Positions 25,346 to 37,529 are shown, counted from the whole stretch's first letter. The stretch: 61,822 bases of DNA, filler included, from Globobulimina sp. (GCA_003354225.1; 22 parts of 22 records of this genome joined end to end with filler, not necessarily neighbours in it), one strand, 5' to 3'. Program-made: numbers and translations. The notes: generated by a model from the sequence alone, not told the origin.

Positions 25346-28060
25346 AATGAATACATTTTAAATTTTAATTACTAACATAGCATACCTCCACCATGAACAA
25401 TTTGCATTTTTTTCACTTTTCTAGCTTTATGCCGCAGTCTATATTGATAGTATCTTTTTTTTGTACCAGTCAATTCCTCTAAAAAATCCGTGGACGAATA
25501 GTTAAATCGCAACGCCAATTCCAATAATAAAGTGTCGTGCTCTAATCCCCACCACGTCGGTTTGCGGTGGACACCGCCTAAAAACGCCCGGAAATACTCG
25601 TCGGGGAAATCTTTCAAATGCTGCTCCGAATCGGTTTGCTGCATTCGGTCATCTTCCAAGAAAACGCGCAAAAACTCATTAAAGACCACAGCATGTTGCT
25701 GTTGAATTTCTAACGAATCGTGATGCTCGAAATTAAATAGCGTTTTCCAGTCATTTTCTGCGATTTGCTGGCGTAGTGTGGCATTGATATCGCCAATTTT
25801 CCCAATCCACCAATGGCGGCGATCTGTTAAGTAGTCCCGTTCCTTGAACTCCACATTCAAGCGGTGCTTTTGTACGGCTCTGCGGCCTTTGCCACCTTTC
25901 CCGTCTCCGATATGCGTCTCTTCGTCGACGATCTCGGAGGTTATAAATGCGTTCATAATGGGCAACAACTGCTGTCTGATGATATTTAAATTTCGCAGCG
26001 TGTCCCAGCCGCCTAAAAGTAACTGCGCCGCGAACTTGCGGCGGTGCCGAATATGTGGAACCTGTATATGGTCCACGGCTTCTTCGGCAGCCTGGTCGTC
26101 GATGCATGACTGGAAACAGCCGCTGTCTTCTTCTGCATTTCTTTTTTTGTGTTGCGATCTGTTCCAACAACAGAAAAACGACTCGTTGTCTGTATTATCC
26201 TCGTCTTCGTTGTTGTTATCGTTGGCAAAATCAGGCAGTAAATCGTATTCCATGTATAGATGACTCAGGTTATATTTATTGATATATTTTCCATATTTAT
26301 CCACCGACGCACAGTGGAAACTATTTCTGTACCATCTATGCAAAAGATATTGGATTTGTATATAGACGCAAATGGAGAATATGATATGTTACATACGGCC
26401 ACAAGAGCTCCACCACTTCGTCATTTTCGTATTCTAGCACAAATTTCCTGATACACTCTGCAAACTGCAACAACTTTGCGCACGAATCGCAATATGTGTA
26501 TCCGGTGATAGTTTGCCAATAGGTTTGGTATCGAGGGTCGATATCGTGTCCGCAGTAAATCTGTCTCGATTTGATTTTGCTTTTAAAGTGTTTCCACGCT
26601 TTATTGGGCTGAAAGTGTTTGGATTGCCATTGGGTCAAAACCGTGGCATAGCCTTGTTTTTTGAACCAGTCATCGCCGGTCAAGTCATTCTCGTCGATGC
26701 GAACATCATTTGTCTGGAACAAGTTGGTCGGTGGAATAAGAAAGCCGTCCCACGATATCATGTCACGTATTTCTCGCTGTACGTCGTTGAAATCCATAGT
26801 GGACAATAGGGAGGAATCCAAATTATTGACTCGCTCAAAAGCGAACGAAACCATTTGATTTTCAAATTCAATGTTGGTGTATTTCATTGCTGCACAAACG
26901 GTGATAATATTGCACCAAAAAAACATTTGCTGTTCGTCCGTATCGAGCAAATATAACCGCTTCCATTCCTCAATATATTCATTTTTGTCCTTGAAATAAT
27001 TGTACAATGAGTTCTTGCCGTCATACATCCGTCGGACATTGCGAGCAAACCCGGGTTTGTCCCGACACACTGATAACTGCTCCATGTTGCTGATGCGTTT
27101 GTTTTTGGTCAAACTGAATCGCAAAACAAAGCCCAATGTGTTTTTGGTCAAACGAATGCCAATGTTGCCCAAATGTGCCTGCAGCGCTGGCAAACAGCAA
27201 TAATTAAACAAAGGGTTTTTCTCATTCTTGGCTAAATGGAAGAATTTCAATGGAAAGTTTTCTTGAATGTTGCTCTGGAAAGTGGCCTCCAACTGCTTTA
27301 TCACAGCGGTTTGCGAGGAATCATATTCCTTATATTCCGCCTGGTCATTATCGTACCATTCCCATGACAGCAAATCATAATAATTGGAGCGAAAAAATAA
27401 ATAATGCTGCCATTTAAAGTCGACATCCCTCGCTCTCTTCAAACAAAACGCATTCACTTTGGATCTGGACTGCGAATTCCACCAAAACAGGTCGTACAAA
27501 TACTCCTTATCTCCATCCTGGATCTTCAAATGCACCGCTTCTTCTTCCTTCTCGTCATAAATATACTTTATTTTGTCCCTACCGTGGCGCGAAAATAATT
27601 TAATCACTGATTTCCCCGCATTCACTTTATTATGATTGGCCAGCTCTATATTTGTCTGTCCGATTTGTTCAGAGATCCTGCGTTTCTGCTCCTGTTTAGT
27701 AATGGTTTCAATCGGTGTGATCCTATCGTCCTCTTCAAATCCCTCCTTTTTCTCGTCGTCACTGCCGCCGCCCTCTTCTTCCTCGTCCACTTTTTCATAC
27801 ATTTCACGCGGCAGAAACTTGGCAAAGATTGGTTCCTTTTTTTATTTATATATAAAAATTAAATGTTATATGAAGCATCAAATGGTTATTTCGTACCTTC
27901 CGGCGCTTCTTTTTCCATATTTTGCGTCTTTTGTTGGGGTCAATCATTTCTTTGTAGTGATGGTTGAGAAAACCAAGGATTATATTCAAATGTTTCAACG
28001 GTATGCTGGGACACACCCATTTTTTGACTTTGTTTTTCTTCTTAAAGGATAGCTTTTGTT
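25346..28060 (-). CDS. Large multi-exon protein with WWE-like domain and CHD-like WW..HD..LL motif, partial
   Basis: Introns near 27836-27896 and at 26336-26396 join the ORFs in frame. SWEWYDND..YKEYD...QLEATF is WWE-like; PTWWGLEHDTLLL resembles the SLIDE-like motif of CHD remodellers. Confidence 0.55.
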
Positions 28061-28160
28061 NNNNNNNNNNNNNNNNNNNNNNNNNNNNNNNNNNNNNNNN
28101 NNNNTTAATTAATTAANNNNNNNNNNNNNNNNNNNNNNNNNNNNNNNNNNNNNNNNNNNN

Positions 28161-28776
28161 AATGGAGGGTAATAATCATGACATAGTGCTTGATTGACCT
28201 GACCAATATAAGTGGCAAATCCTTTTGAAACTGGATCATTTTTATCCGGATTGTTTTGTGAACCTAAGCCCCATTTGCCGCTGTATGGATATATGAGTAG
28301 TTAGATACAAAATTGTTAATAATATAATAATATATATATATATGGTTAACACTAATACAGTATCGTATCCATTTTGACTTAATACGCCTGCGACGGTGGT
28401 TGTGTTTAACGACAACAATTGTCCATTGTCGCGCACATCACAGTGTCCGGAATGAAACCCTGTCATTAAACAGCAGCGTGCCGGAGCGCAGACAGGAGCG
28501 CCTGTGTAAGCATCAGTGAATAACATGCCCTCTTTTGCCATTGCCACTAAATTTGGTGTTAATATCTTTGCATGGCTGTTATAGTCTGGGTATACTGAGT
28601 ATGGCTCAGCATCACCATAACCCATATCATCTATTTAAATATCAATAATATTTGCATTAATTTGTGCCGATTAACCAACACGAAAGTACAATTTCACTAC
28701 CTGCTAATATAAATACTATGTTTGGCGTGGCTGCACTGGTGGCTACAACCAAAAGCGTTGCGACAAGCAAGGACAT
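28161..28776 (-). CDS. Secreted formylglycine-dependent sulfatase (arylsulfatase), 3'-truncated
   Basis: Signal peptide, PNIVFILA|DDMGYGD (intron 28631-28700), TPNL, CAPAR (CxPxR) LMTG, L|VGKWGLG (intron 28281-28350), HDYYP. Confidence 0.93.
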
Positions 28777-28919
28777 GATTATTAACCAGTCAACTAGTAA
28801 GGACTAAGGAATACTGTAAAAAACTTACCGAAATGTGACCAAAAAATTATGAAAATGTCCAATTATGATGTAATATTGACTCAATATCACATCAACACAA
28901 TATGTTGTGTCTTTATTCA

Positions 28920-29601
28920 ATGTCAAACTCCAGCTCTGACTGTGTTGTGTGTGAAATATATCAAAGACATTGGGAGAATAAGCAATGTGAAGACTGCGCC
29001 AAGAAGAAACAGATACAATCTAAATCTGCCAAGGTAGCCAAAACCGTCGGGATTATGATCATCGGAGGAATAGCAACTGTTGGATTGGCCACTGTCGCTT
29101 TACCAGCTGTTGGATTTACTGCAGGTGATTTTTTTAATTCCGTTCTATACATAAATAATAATACTATATATATTGACAGGAGGCGTAGCAGCTGGTTCTA
29201 TTGCTGCTGGTATTCAGTCATCAATTGGTAGTGTTGCCGCAGGCTCATTATTTGCTACATTACAAAGTGTGGGTGCTGTGGGGTTACCGGCTGCTGCTAC
29301 AGCTACACAGGCAATGATTGGTGGAATTGGTGCTGTTGGAGCTGGATTGTTGAGTAAAGTAACGGGAAAGAATAAGAATAAGGAAAGTGATGAACAATGG
29401 AACGCGGAACAATTAATTTATTGGATATTATCGATTGAGCAACAAATGTTTTTGATGTATAAACAATCATTGACAAAAGAACAAATGGATGGTACCGGTT
29501 CATGTTTACATGATATTGAAATAAGTCATCTTAAAAGGTGGGGGAAAAGCTTATGTGTAAATGTAATTTTGTGTGTCATTTTATGTTTCCCTGCTAGCTG
29601 A
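28920..29601 (+). CDS. IFI6/IFI27 (ISG12-motif) family protein with C-terminal SAM-like segment
   Basis: GFTAG|GVAAGSIAAGIQSSIGSVAAGSLFATLQSVGA across intron 29125-29179, then WNAEQLIYWI...MDGTGSCL..I...HLKRWG. The 3' end is uncertain. Confidence 0.8.
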
Positions 29602-29851
29602 ACCTTGTGTTTTCTTGGCTAAATGTTTGATATCATAATATTATATACGGAATTGCAAATTTGCAACGTTTAATATATCTTTGTTTCCAAACGGTAGGAT
29701 ATGTAAAAGCAGTGGAAAACCTTTAGCTCTCGCGAGGAAATGGCGGATTATGATGAAAAACAAAATGATCAGAAAGCTGCTTGCATGCACACTGCGTTGA
29801 GTATATTCGTCTTTGTAGTCAAAAACTATATAAATTAACATATATATTTAA

Positions 29852-30875
29852 AATCGTAAACTCAGTGCTATCCAGAACCAGAATTATGATCAATATGAAA
29901 CCATTCGAAACACGTTACTGTCAGTATCCATCTATGGTTTCAAAATTGAGAATGACATTTTAGATCTCATTGCAGAATACGCCAGCGGGAAACTTTTAAA
30001 TTGTAACAATAATTGGTGCGATAATGAAGTATTAATATTAAGTTCGCATAAATGCGATGGAACACCAAATAGAGAGAAAGCAAAATCAAGTTACAGCAAA
30101 GTAACATATCCCGGCGGAAAATCAGAGATTGTAACTCATTATCCACCGCCTGACACAGTCAACAAAATTGCTGATCACTCATATAATGATTTAAAATTTA
30201 GTATAAAATATTACTACGATGCACAAATTAATATTGCATATTGTTATGAATGCAGAAATGTAATGAAAATGTGCGGTGAAGCAGCTATTCCATCAAACGG
30301 TGAAGCAGCATATCGAGGTTTCTCTCGTATATATAGCGGGTGTGATGGATTAATATTTGATAACAACGCATCGTACACATTATGTGCCTGCAATTCCCAA
30401 AAAAGAATGTGTAAATTTGGCCATGTTGTATGTGAGAGATGTCAACATTCCTCGTGCGGTGCCTATGGCAGTGATAGTAATGGCAAGGATGATTTTTGCA
30501 CTCCGCGAGAATGTGGCACCTGTTGCATGAAAGGCTGTTTGTATTGCATTGAAAGAGTATCCTGCGACATGGTTCTATGCAGTATGCCGCCGCAATATGT
30601 AAATCCTATTCATAAATGCAGGAATAATGGATGTGTCAATATCATTCAAACTGTGTTTACCAATGACAGCGATTACGCCGAATTTAAAAAGAAATATGAT
30701 ATATTATCAGAGATATTTGATATATTTGAAGCAAATGTGGTGATACATATTGCCGAATATGCCACTGGTTTTATTGTAAAGTGTTTGACAAAAACGTGTT
30801 TTTATGTATATATTTTTGCGGACATAGTCCTCGATTGGCTACAACTACTAAATCAGATTGTGGAGTGGTTTTTGT
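29852..30875 (+). CDS. Cys-rich hypothetical protein with duplicated IAEYA(S/T)G..C module, partial
   Basis: Frame is open from 29852 through ORF 30263. ILDLIAEYASGKLLNC and VIHIAEYATGFIVKC repeat; many CxxC. Confidence 0.55.
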
Positions 30876-30975
30876 NNNNNNNNNNNNNNNNNNNNNNNNN
30901 NNNNNNNNNNNNNNNNNNNTTAATTAATTAANNNNNNNNNNNNNNNNNNNNNNNNNNNNNNNNNNNNNNNNNNNN

Positions 30976-31757
30976 ATAATGACGATAAAGATGTTGTTAC
31001 TTTGAGTGCTATGATGGATGCGTATTGCAATGCGGATATGTACAATGAATGTATGACGTTATTTATCGGCATAAAGAGACCCGATGCCATTGCATATGCC
31101 ATTGTGTTAAAAGCTTGCACGCAATCAACATCATATCATTTTGGCCTTGATATTCACAAAAAAATCAAAAATTTAAAAGAAATTACGAATGATTTATCGG
31201 TGCAAATTAATTTAATAAATATGTATGGAAAATGTGGTATTTTGGATGAATGTGAACGTATATTTGCAATATCGCAACATAAAAATGGCAATATTGAGAT
31301 TTGGAATGCACTTTTTTATGCTTTTGGAAGGAATGGTGATATACAAAAAGCAAATGAATTGTATAATGGTATGGGAGAAAGTGGAGTAAAAGCAAATGTT
31401 GAAACTTATAAAATATTAATTAATGGATGTAATCATTGTGGTGATGTAACTCTAGCTAAACATATATGGAATAATATTGCGGATAAAAGTATTAAATATC
31501 ATGCTTTTGTAATAAATCCATTGGTTGATACTCTGTGTAGAAAAGGCATGTTAATGCAAGCAAAACAATTAATATTCAAATTTAATCCAAATGATGAAGT
31601 TGCCTGGACTTGCTTGTTAAATGCCTGTGCCACTGCTACTGCCACTTCTTGCTGTTTCAATGCCGAAGAGTTAAATGATATTTATAAACATATTGTAAAT
31701 ACATTTGGGTGTAATACTGATCTCATGCGGTTATATCGTCAAATTATTCGAAACTAA
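30976..31757 (+). CDS. Pentatricopeptide repeat (PPR) protein, 5'-truncated
   Basis: Plant-PLS-like motifs: LSAMMDAY, PDAIAYAIVLKAC, LINMYGKCG.LDE.ERIF, IWNALFYAFGRNG, LINGCNHCG, LVDTLCRKG, WTCLLNAC. No DYW domain. Confidence 0.92.
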
Positions 31758-31910
31758 ATCATACATTTATTAATAAATCATTTCAATGGATCCTCAAATC
31801 GTAGGCTCTGATTCTGAATATTAATAAAAATAGGAATTATGACCACCAGTTCTTATAACATTTGCTATTTATATCATAAATAAGAAACATTTGTCTCTGA
31901 AGTAGATACA

Positions 31911-32964
31911 ATGGATAAAGTATTTATTATTAACTTTGTAATGTTGTGGATGGCCAGAACAGCGCACACAAAATCATTTGATACACTTAATCCGATGACT
32001 CAAGATTACTATTGTATGGATACGAAACCATGCAATATCTCATGCACGGGAGACGCTGCGTGCTCACGTTTCAATGTACATTGCAATAATACCAAACACT
32101 GCACCATTCAATGTAACAATGGTTCATGTTTTGAAAATAATACCATTCATTGCCCAACAAATGCAAAGTGTGCAATTTCTACACAACTAAATGGAACCAT
32201 ACACAACACGACAATCCACGCGGCAAAATCAGTTGAGTTATTAATTGATATCAATGCTGTATTCACAGATTCAACTATTTATTGTCCACCAAATCGAGGT
32301 CCTCAATGGGACGCACCTTGCATTATCAGATTAGGCACTTTAGATATGAATGGGAGCAATGTACAAAAACATTTTACGTCAAATAATATTTACACCCGCA
32401 ATACATCAGACTTAGTGGTAAATTTACCATTTGAATTATTTGATAACGGCGTAAACATCAAACATTATAAAGCTGAACTGCTGACAAACAATCTTATGGA
32501 ATGTACCTCTTTTATTGATCTGGATGCCAATAATAACTCAACTCGTTGGTATTCCCAATCGAACGGTTCAAGTATAACTGACTATGAATGTCCATTTCAA
32601 GTCTTAAGCGATGGAAATCTGTCTGGCTCTGTTTTCAATTTTGATTTGGAGCGTGTTGATTGTATATTAGGTGCTCCATTTGCTGATAGATTGGTTGCAA
32701 ACGTATTCTATTCCGGAACTAATTCAACAAGAATAGTCCGTATGTTTCGGTCCTGGCTCGGCTGGTCTATGGGAACAATCCATACGATCCCAGGTGTTGG
32801 TGAACGGTACGATAATGCAACATCTTCCGATTGGGTGGCTGGTGAATTTATTGCTTTTGATGGGATTCCTGTTGCATGCGGCTGCAGCAATAAAACTGGT
32901 GGAACTTGTGTGAAAAGAGAAAACTTTGCAATTCAATATCGTGATCTTATTCAAAGCCTTTTAG
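31911..32964 (+). CDS. Secreted Cys-rich protein, broken at the junction with GC-rich DNA
   Basis: Signal peptide, repeated C..C / IHCP / IYCP modules as in 8453-9572. Reading runs into foreign sequence near 32965-32990. Confidence 0.6.
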
Positions 32965-33666
32965 ATGCCGGTGCGCCGATTGATCGCAGCCGGGTGGCGT
33001 CCACCCGTGGTGCGACTGTACGACTCCCGTGAGTCCGAACGTCACTTCCCCGAGGCCTGCCCGCCCGGTCGCGCGATGTTGATCCTGTTGCACGAGGGGC
33101 CGTCGTCGCTCGTCGAGGCGCAGTATTCCGCGGTCGAAGAACTCTGCCGCGAATCCGCCGGTGTCGAAGCCGATGTCGCCGCCGTACAGAAGTGGTTCGA
33201 GAAGCGAAACGACGTGCCCGGCTTCCGCCCGTTCCTCGAGCAGGGGGTCGTCCTCGACACGATCGAGGTCGCGTGCCCGTGGTCGCGGGTCGCGGATCTC
33301 TACGAACAGGCGATTGCCGCACTCGGAGAGGTGCCTGGAATCCTGCTCGCGAGCGCCCATTCGAGCCACAGCTACCGCTCCGGGACCAATCTGTACATCA
33401 CGTTCCTCGCGCGCCCCGAGGATCGCGATGACATGGAAGCGACCTACCGCGAGTGCTGGCGTCGCACCCTGGATGCCACCGTGGCCGCGGGAGGCGGCAT
33501 CTCGCACCACCACGGCATCGGGCGGGTGCGTCGCGATCGGCTGGTCGACGAGATCGGTGTCTCGGGAGTCTCGCTGTTGCGCTCGCTCAAACTCGCCCTC
33601 GACCCCGACGATCTTCTGAATCCCGGCGTGTTGCTGCCCGAGCCCGCGTCGGGCGGGGGCGCCTGA
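32965..33666 (+). CDS. Bacterial FAD-linked oxidase C-terminal half (alkyl-DHAP synthase/GlcD-like), 5'-truncated
   Basis: WRPPVVRLYD, DTIEVA, AHSSHSY..GTNLY, GGGISHHHGIGRVR, LKLALDP..LLNPGVL. Roughly two-thirds GC by eye, no introns. Confidence 0.9.
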   Translation: MPVRRLIAAGWRPPVVRLYDSRESERHFPEACPPGRAMLILLHEGPSSLVEAQYSAVEELCRESAGVEADVAAVQKWFEKRNDVPGFRPFLEQGVVLDTIEVACPWSRVADLYEQAIAALGEVPGILLASAHSSHSYRSGTNLYITFLARPEDRDDMEATYRECWRRTLDATVAAGGGISHHHGIGRVRRDRLVDEIGVSGVSLLRSLKLALDPDDLLNPGVLLPEPASGGGA

Positions 33667-34056
33667 CGCAAGTCGCCGCCGCGAGGCCGCNNNNNNNNNN
33701 NNNNNNNNNNNNNNNNNNNNNNNNNNNNNNNNNNTTAATTAATTAANNNNNNNNNNNNNNNNNNNNNNNNNNNNNNNNNNNNNNNNNNNNAGGGGAGGAA
33801 ATTGATTTCTTAAAGTTTTGAAGATATCATGGTACCTAGGTCCTAGGTCTCAATTGTTATTGCGCAATATAAGAACAACCCCTATTTGGAAGGAGTGAAG
33901 CACAGATTTGTGTTAGGCACATCTTTGGGGACTAGGAAATATATTTATCAGCTGGTACAATATTTGAAGAAAAGTACAACAGGTTCTTTAATATTAATGT
34001 CACAAAAAAAAAAGAGATGATAGAAAGACAAAGTAATTATGTTATTTACACAAATT

Positions 34057-36504
34057 TTATTCAGCGGCTTCCCGGTTGATATCATCATTTTGCATTTGTA
34101 ACTGCTGATATTGTTTTAATTGTTGTTGAATTAATTTTTGTTGATGTTTAAATTGTTGCTGACATTGCATCGAACAAAAGCAATATTCATCATTATTATT
34201 ATCGACATATTTCAACCATTTATTTTGCGTCGAATATATCTCTGACACATAACAAAAACTACACATCGCAATATCAATAATCCGTCGATCATTATTATTA
34301 TTTGTCGATATTTTAATGGTCTCAAAACGCAATGATTTCACCACATCTTTCAACACATTATCTTGTCGAATATTATTCTGCCGAATCAACTGCTTATTCT
34401 CATTATTATTTGCATTGTGTTGCGAATTATTTTTATTTTTACCTTTATTTTTATTCGATTTATTTTTACCTTTCTTTTGCTGTTTATTTTTTTTATATTT
34501 CTTATGTTTAAATCGCTGATTAGAATGGCTCTGATTATTTTGTTTCTGTTTAGCTTTATTATTATTATGTTGTTGCTTTATTTGTTTTGTTTGATACATT
34601 TTACTTTTCTCATTAACAGCTTTCTTGCGCGCAACCAAATCATTATAATAAGTGATGGATTTTTGAATAATTTTATCAATCGATTGTATAACAAATGAAA
34701 AAGTACCGCTTTTAACAAAACCACATTCATTGCCAACACCGCCAGTGACAACCAATGACTTTCCCACTTTTGTGATCTTATGGCCATATAAATAGGGAAG
34801 AGATAAAAAATCGTGCAACTCGATGTTGTTACCAATGTATAACAACTCATTCGGATGTGTCTCATCATAGGCTATCAACATTAATTTATTACTGATGTTT
34901 AATACTAATTCGTTATAAACTTTACCTGCGGAGTCAAATAATTGTGGCAATATCATATTTTGCAACTTATCCACATAACAGCCACCATACAGTAGCATGA
35001 AATTGTATTTCTTTTTATTGATCGCTTGTTTATTGGTATAATAACTAAAATATTCGACATTATTCTCACTGTGTTGATGATGTGTGAATGGATCGACATT
35101 TATATGTTTAATATATTGATACGTATTTGGATGGATAACAGTTATGATCTTCTTTTTATTCATCCCATTCTTCCAAATCGAGAGCAATTCGATATATCCA
35201 TTGTTTATCATAAGTGTGGTTTGAGACGGGATCACCACCGAAATCGTTACCATTTGCCAATAAATAACACATTGATTTGCATTGCATTTGATATTGACGA
35301 CATACATTAACTTCCTACCAATGGGAAATATATATATTTTCTGATTATATTTGATCGAAATATGCTGCGTTAAATGGTCAAACGGTGCAATATTATCCCC
35401 TTTATGTACGATATTATGATGTGTATACCAGATATTTTTATGTATATCATAAATATCCATCAATTTATATTCATATTCGTCACACAATAAATTATACACT
35501 ACATTGGCGCGGTCATTATGTAAATTATTATTTATTTTGCCACCAATGACAACCAATAAATTATGATTCAAAACATACGCAGAATGGTCATATCTGCCAT
35601 TTGGTGCTCCATTCGTAGCTACCTTTACTTGCCAATTATTATCATACATATCCAACATCCACAGATCATTATAAATATGCATACCATTCTCATTATACCT
35701 CATACCGCCAAAGATAACCAATTGATGGTTACTTACCGCATTTGCTGTATGCAAACATCTTTGCTGCGGTGCATATTTAGTGCATATATTATATCTGCCA
35801 TACACTCTCCGTCTGCAATTTAAAATTTTCTTGTTTAATTTTAAAAATTGAGCCACTTTGACAGCAAATGGATGTTTATTATCCACTTCGCACATTAACT
35901 TCAATCCTTTTTCAATATCTTTCATCTGCGGATGGAAGTGTTTGCGATCATCACTCCCATTGCTGTTGTGGTTGTTGTATGCCTCGAATGTGCTTATTAG
36001 GCCCGCTAGAAAATATCGATGCGACTGAATATTTTTCACATCATTGTCCAATGCGTTGATGGCGAATTGCATCACGTTCTCATAGTCTTCCTCGATCATA
36101 CAAACAAACGCCAAATTGGTGTAACATACACTGCGATGATAGTGCAAATCCAAGCGATCCACATCATCGCTGTCATCGCCATCCTTCTGCTCCATTTTGG
36201 ACGGTATTACATGCGATAAATAGGAAATAACCATATCATTATCAAAATAATTTATAAATTTAAGCAAATTCAACAACAGTTGCTTCGCCTGCAATATAAT
36301 TTGGTTATCTTTCATTCTCAAATTGCGTCTGACTTTGTTGTCTTTGGTATTATTCGTAGTGGTAATAACTGCCATTTTATGCTTTGTATTGATGGATAAA
36401 TACGAGATTAATTCGTTGAATTTATTCAAGTACAACACAATATAATTATGTATGTCGTTAATTAATGGAAACTCAATGACGCGCTCTTTAAACTCGTCCA
36501 TAGT
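34057..36504 (-). CDS. TPR + Kelch-repeat protein with C-terminal zinc-finger-like motif, 5'-truncated
   Basis: TPR-like CYTNLAFVC...AINALDND; Kelch repeats RCLHTA..LVIFGG..YNDLWMLD and GRYDHSA..LVVIGG; CSFC...YCFCSMQCQ (MYND/TRASH-like). Confidence 0.75.
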   Translation of the reverse strand, partial: TMDEFKERVIEFPLINDIHNYIVLYLNKFNELISYLSINTKHKMAVITTTNNTKDNKVRRNLRMKDNQIILQAKQLLLNLLKFINYFDNDMVISYLSHVIPSKMEQKDGDDSDDVDRLDLHYHRSVCYTNLAFVCMIEEDYENVMQFAINALDNDVKNIQSHRYFLAGLISTFEAYNNHNSNGSDDRKHFHPQMKDIEKGLKLMCEVDNKHPFAVKVAQFLKLNKKILNCRRRVYGRYNICTKYAPQQRCLHTANAVSNHQLVIFGGMRYNENGMHIYNDLWMLDMYDNNWQVKVATNGAPNGRYDHSAYVLNHNLLVVIGGKINNNLHNDRANVVYNLLCDEYEYKLMDIYDIHKNIWYTHHNIVHKGDNIAPFDHLTQHISIKYNQKIYIFPIGRKLMYVVNIKCNANQCVIYWQMVTISVVIPSQTTLMINNGYIELLSIWKNGMNKKKIITVIHPNTYQYIKHINVDPFTHHQHSENNVEYFSYYTNKQAINKKKYNFMLLYGGCYVDKLQNMILPQLFDSAGKVYNELVLNISNKLMLIAYDETHPNELLYIGNNIELHDFLSLPYLYGHKITKVGKSLVVTGGVGNECGFVKSGTFSFVIQSIDKIIQKSITYYNDLVARKKAVNEKSKMYQTKQIKQQHNNNKAKQKQNNQSHSNQRFKHKKYKKNKQQKKGKNKSNKNKGKNKNNSQHNANNNENKQLIRQNNIRQDNVLKDVVKSLRFETIKISTNNNNDRRIIDIAMCSFCYVSEIYSTQNKWLKYVDNNNDEYCFCSMQCQQQFKHQQKLIQQQLKQYQQLQMQNDDINREAAE

Positions 36505-36604
36505 NNNNNNNNNNNNNNNNNNNNNNNNNNNNNNNNNNNNNNNNNNNNTTAATTAATTAANNNNNNNNNNNNNNNNNNNNNNNNNNNNNNNNNNNNNNNN
36601 NNNN

Positions 36605-36909
36605 ATTGGTTGAGCCAATCTTAATAAAATATATAATCCCTTCTGAACCAGTTTGAGTGAGTTACATATTGTTTGTTTGAATCTTTTCATTGTTAATTCC
36701 GCATTAATATTGCAACTAAATTCGAACCATCCTATCTGGAATGGACGTATTTCTGTTTTAATTAAAGATTCTATGTTAACGTTAATAATATCCAATTCGA
36801 ATTCTTTTTGTTTGGTTTCTTGTTGTTCGCTTGCTTCCAATCGAGAGTCTAAGAAATCGGGCAGTATTAAGTAGTCAACACCTTCAGTTTGCTTTGAGTC
36901 TTCTGCCAT
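36605..36909 (-). CDS. N-terminus of a hypothetical protein
   Basis: ATG 36909 (MAEDSKQ), open to the contig edge. Confidence 0.45.
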
Positions 36910-37529
36910 TGTTCTGGCTTATTAAAACTAAAAAAAAACTCACTAAAAGAGTAACAACTTGAACATTTATCGAATTCCAGATAAGTTTATAAAATTGGTA
37001 AAAAAAGGTTTAATATCTTTTACTTTTTGTGATAAAATTAATCCTTTCAATACATCCTAAATGAAATTCGATATTCCAGAAGAATGATATGAATTCCATA
37101 GTGGTCCATACATTCCATTTATGTGTATGATGAATGGTTTCATCCAAATGGTATGCTTCATAGAGAAAACAATGTAAAATAACGGCAGTATGAACAACAA
37201 CAATTACTTTACCAAAATTTTGAACATGTTTGGGAAACTTATCACTTGCAACACGGAGAACGACGTAAAGCATGTCTGCATGTGAGGAGCGGGATGGATG
37301 ACATGGATAAGAAGAAGACGAAGAAACAGAGCTGTGACAACGGGAACTGGATATAATTTGTATGAATGAGGTTGTTGTATGGGTTGGATGGAGGAGATAT
37401 ATTGAATGAGAAAGGGTTTGACGGGGATGATGCGAATCATGGTATTAAAGATGATGTGAATCATGGTATTAAATCCTACCCTATGTTAAATTAAACTTAA
37501 AAGAAAGCAGTCTTGTGAAAAATCACAGT

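Noticed and set aside
26336..26396. Overlapping ORFs suggesting programmed frameshifting (also near 913, 7466-7535, 54237-54297)
   Set aside because: Each is resolved by a short GT-AG intron that restores the frame.
32900..32985. YRDLIQSLLDAGAPID resembling a GH10 xylanase motif
   Set aside because: Too short and cut at the chimeric junction; no other GH10 motifs upstream.
32947..33746. Several overlapping ORFs on both strands
   Set aside because: Shadow ORFs of GC-rich DNA; only 32965-33666 has family motifs.
34316..36219. Hydrophobic plus-strand ORFs
   Set aside because: Antisense shadows of the K/N/Q-rich TPR-Kelch gene.
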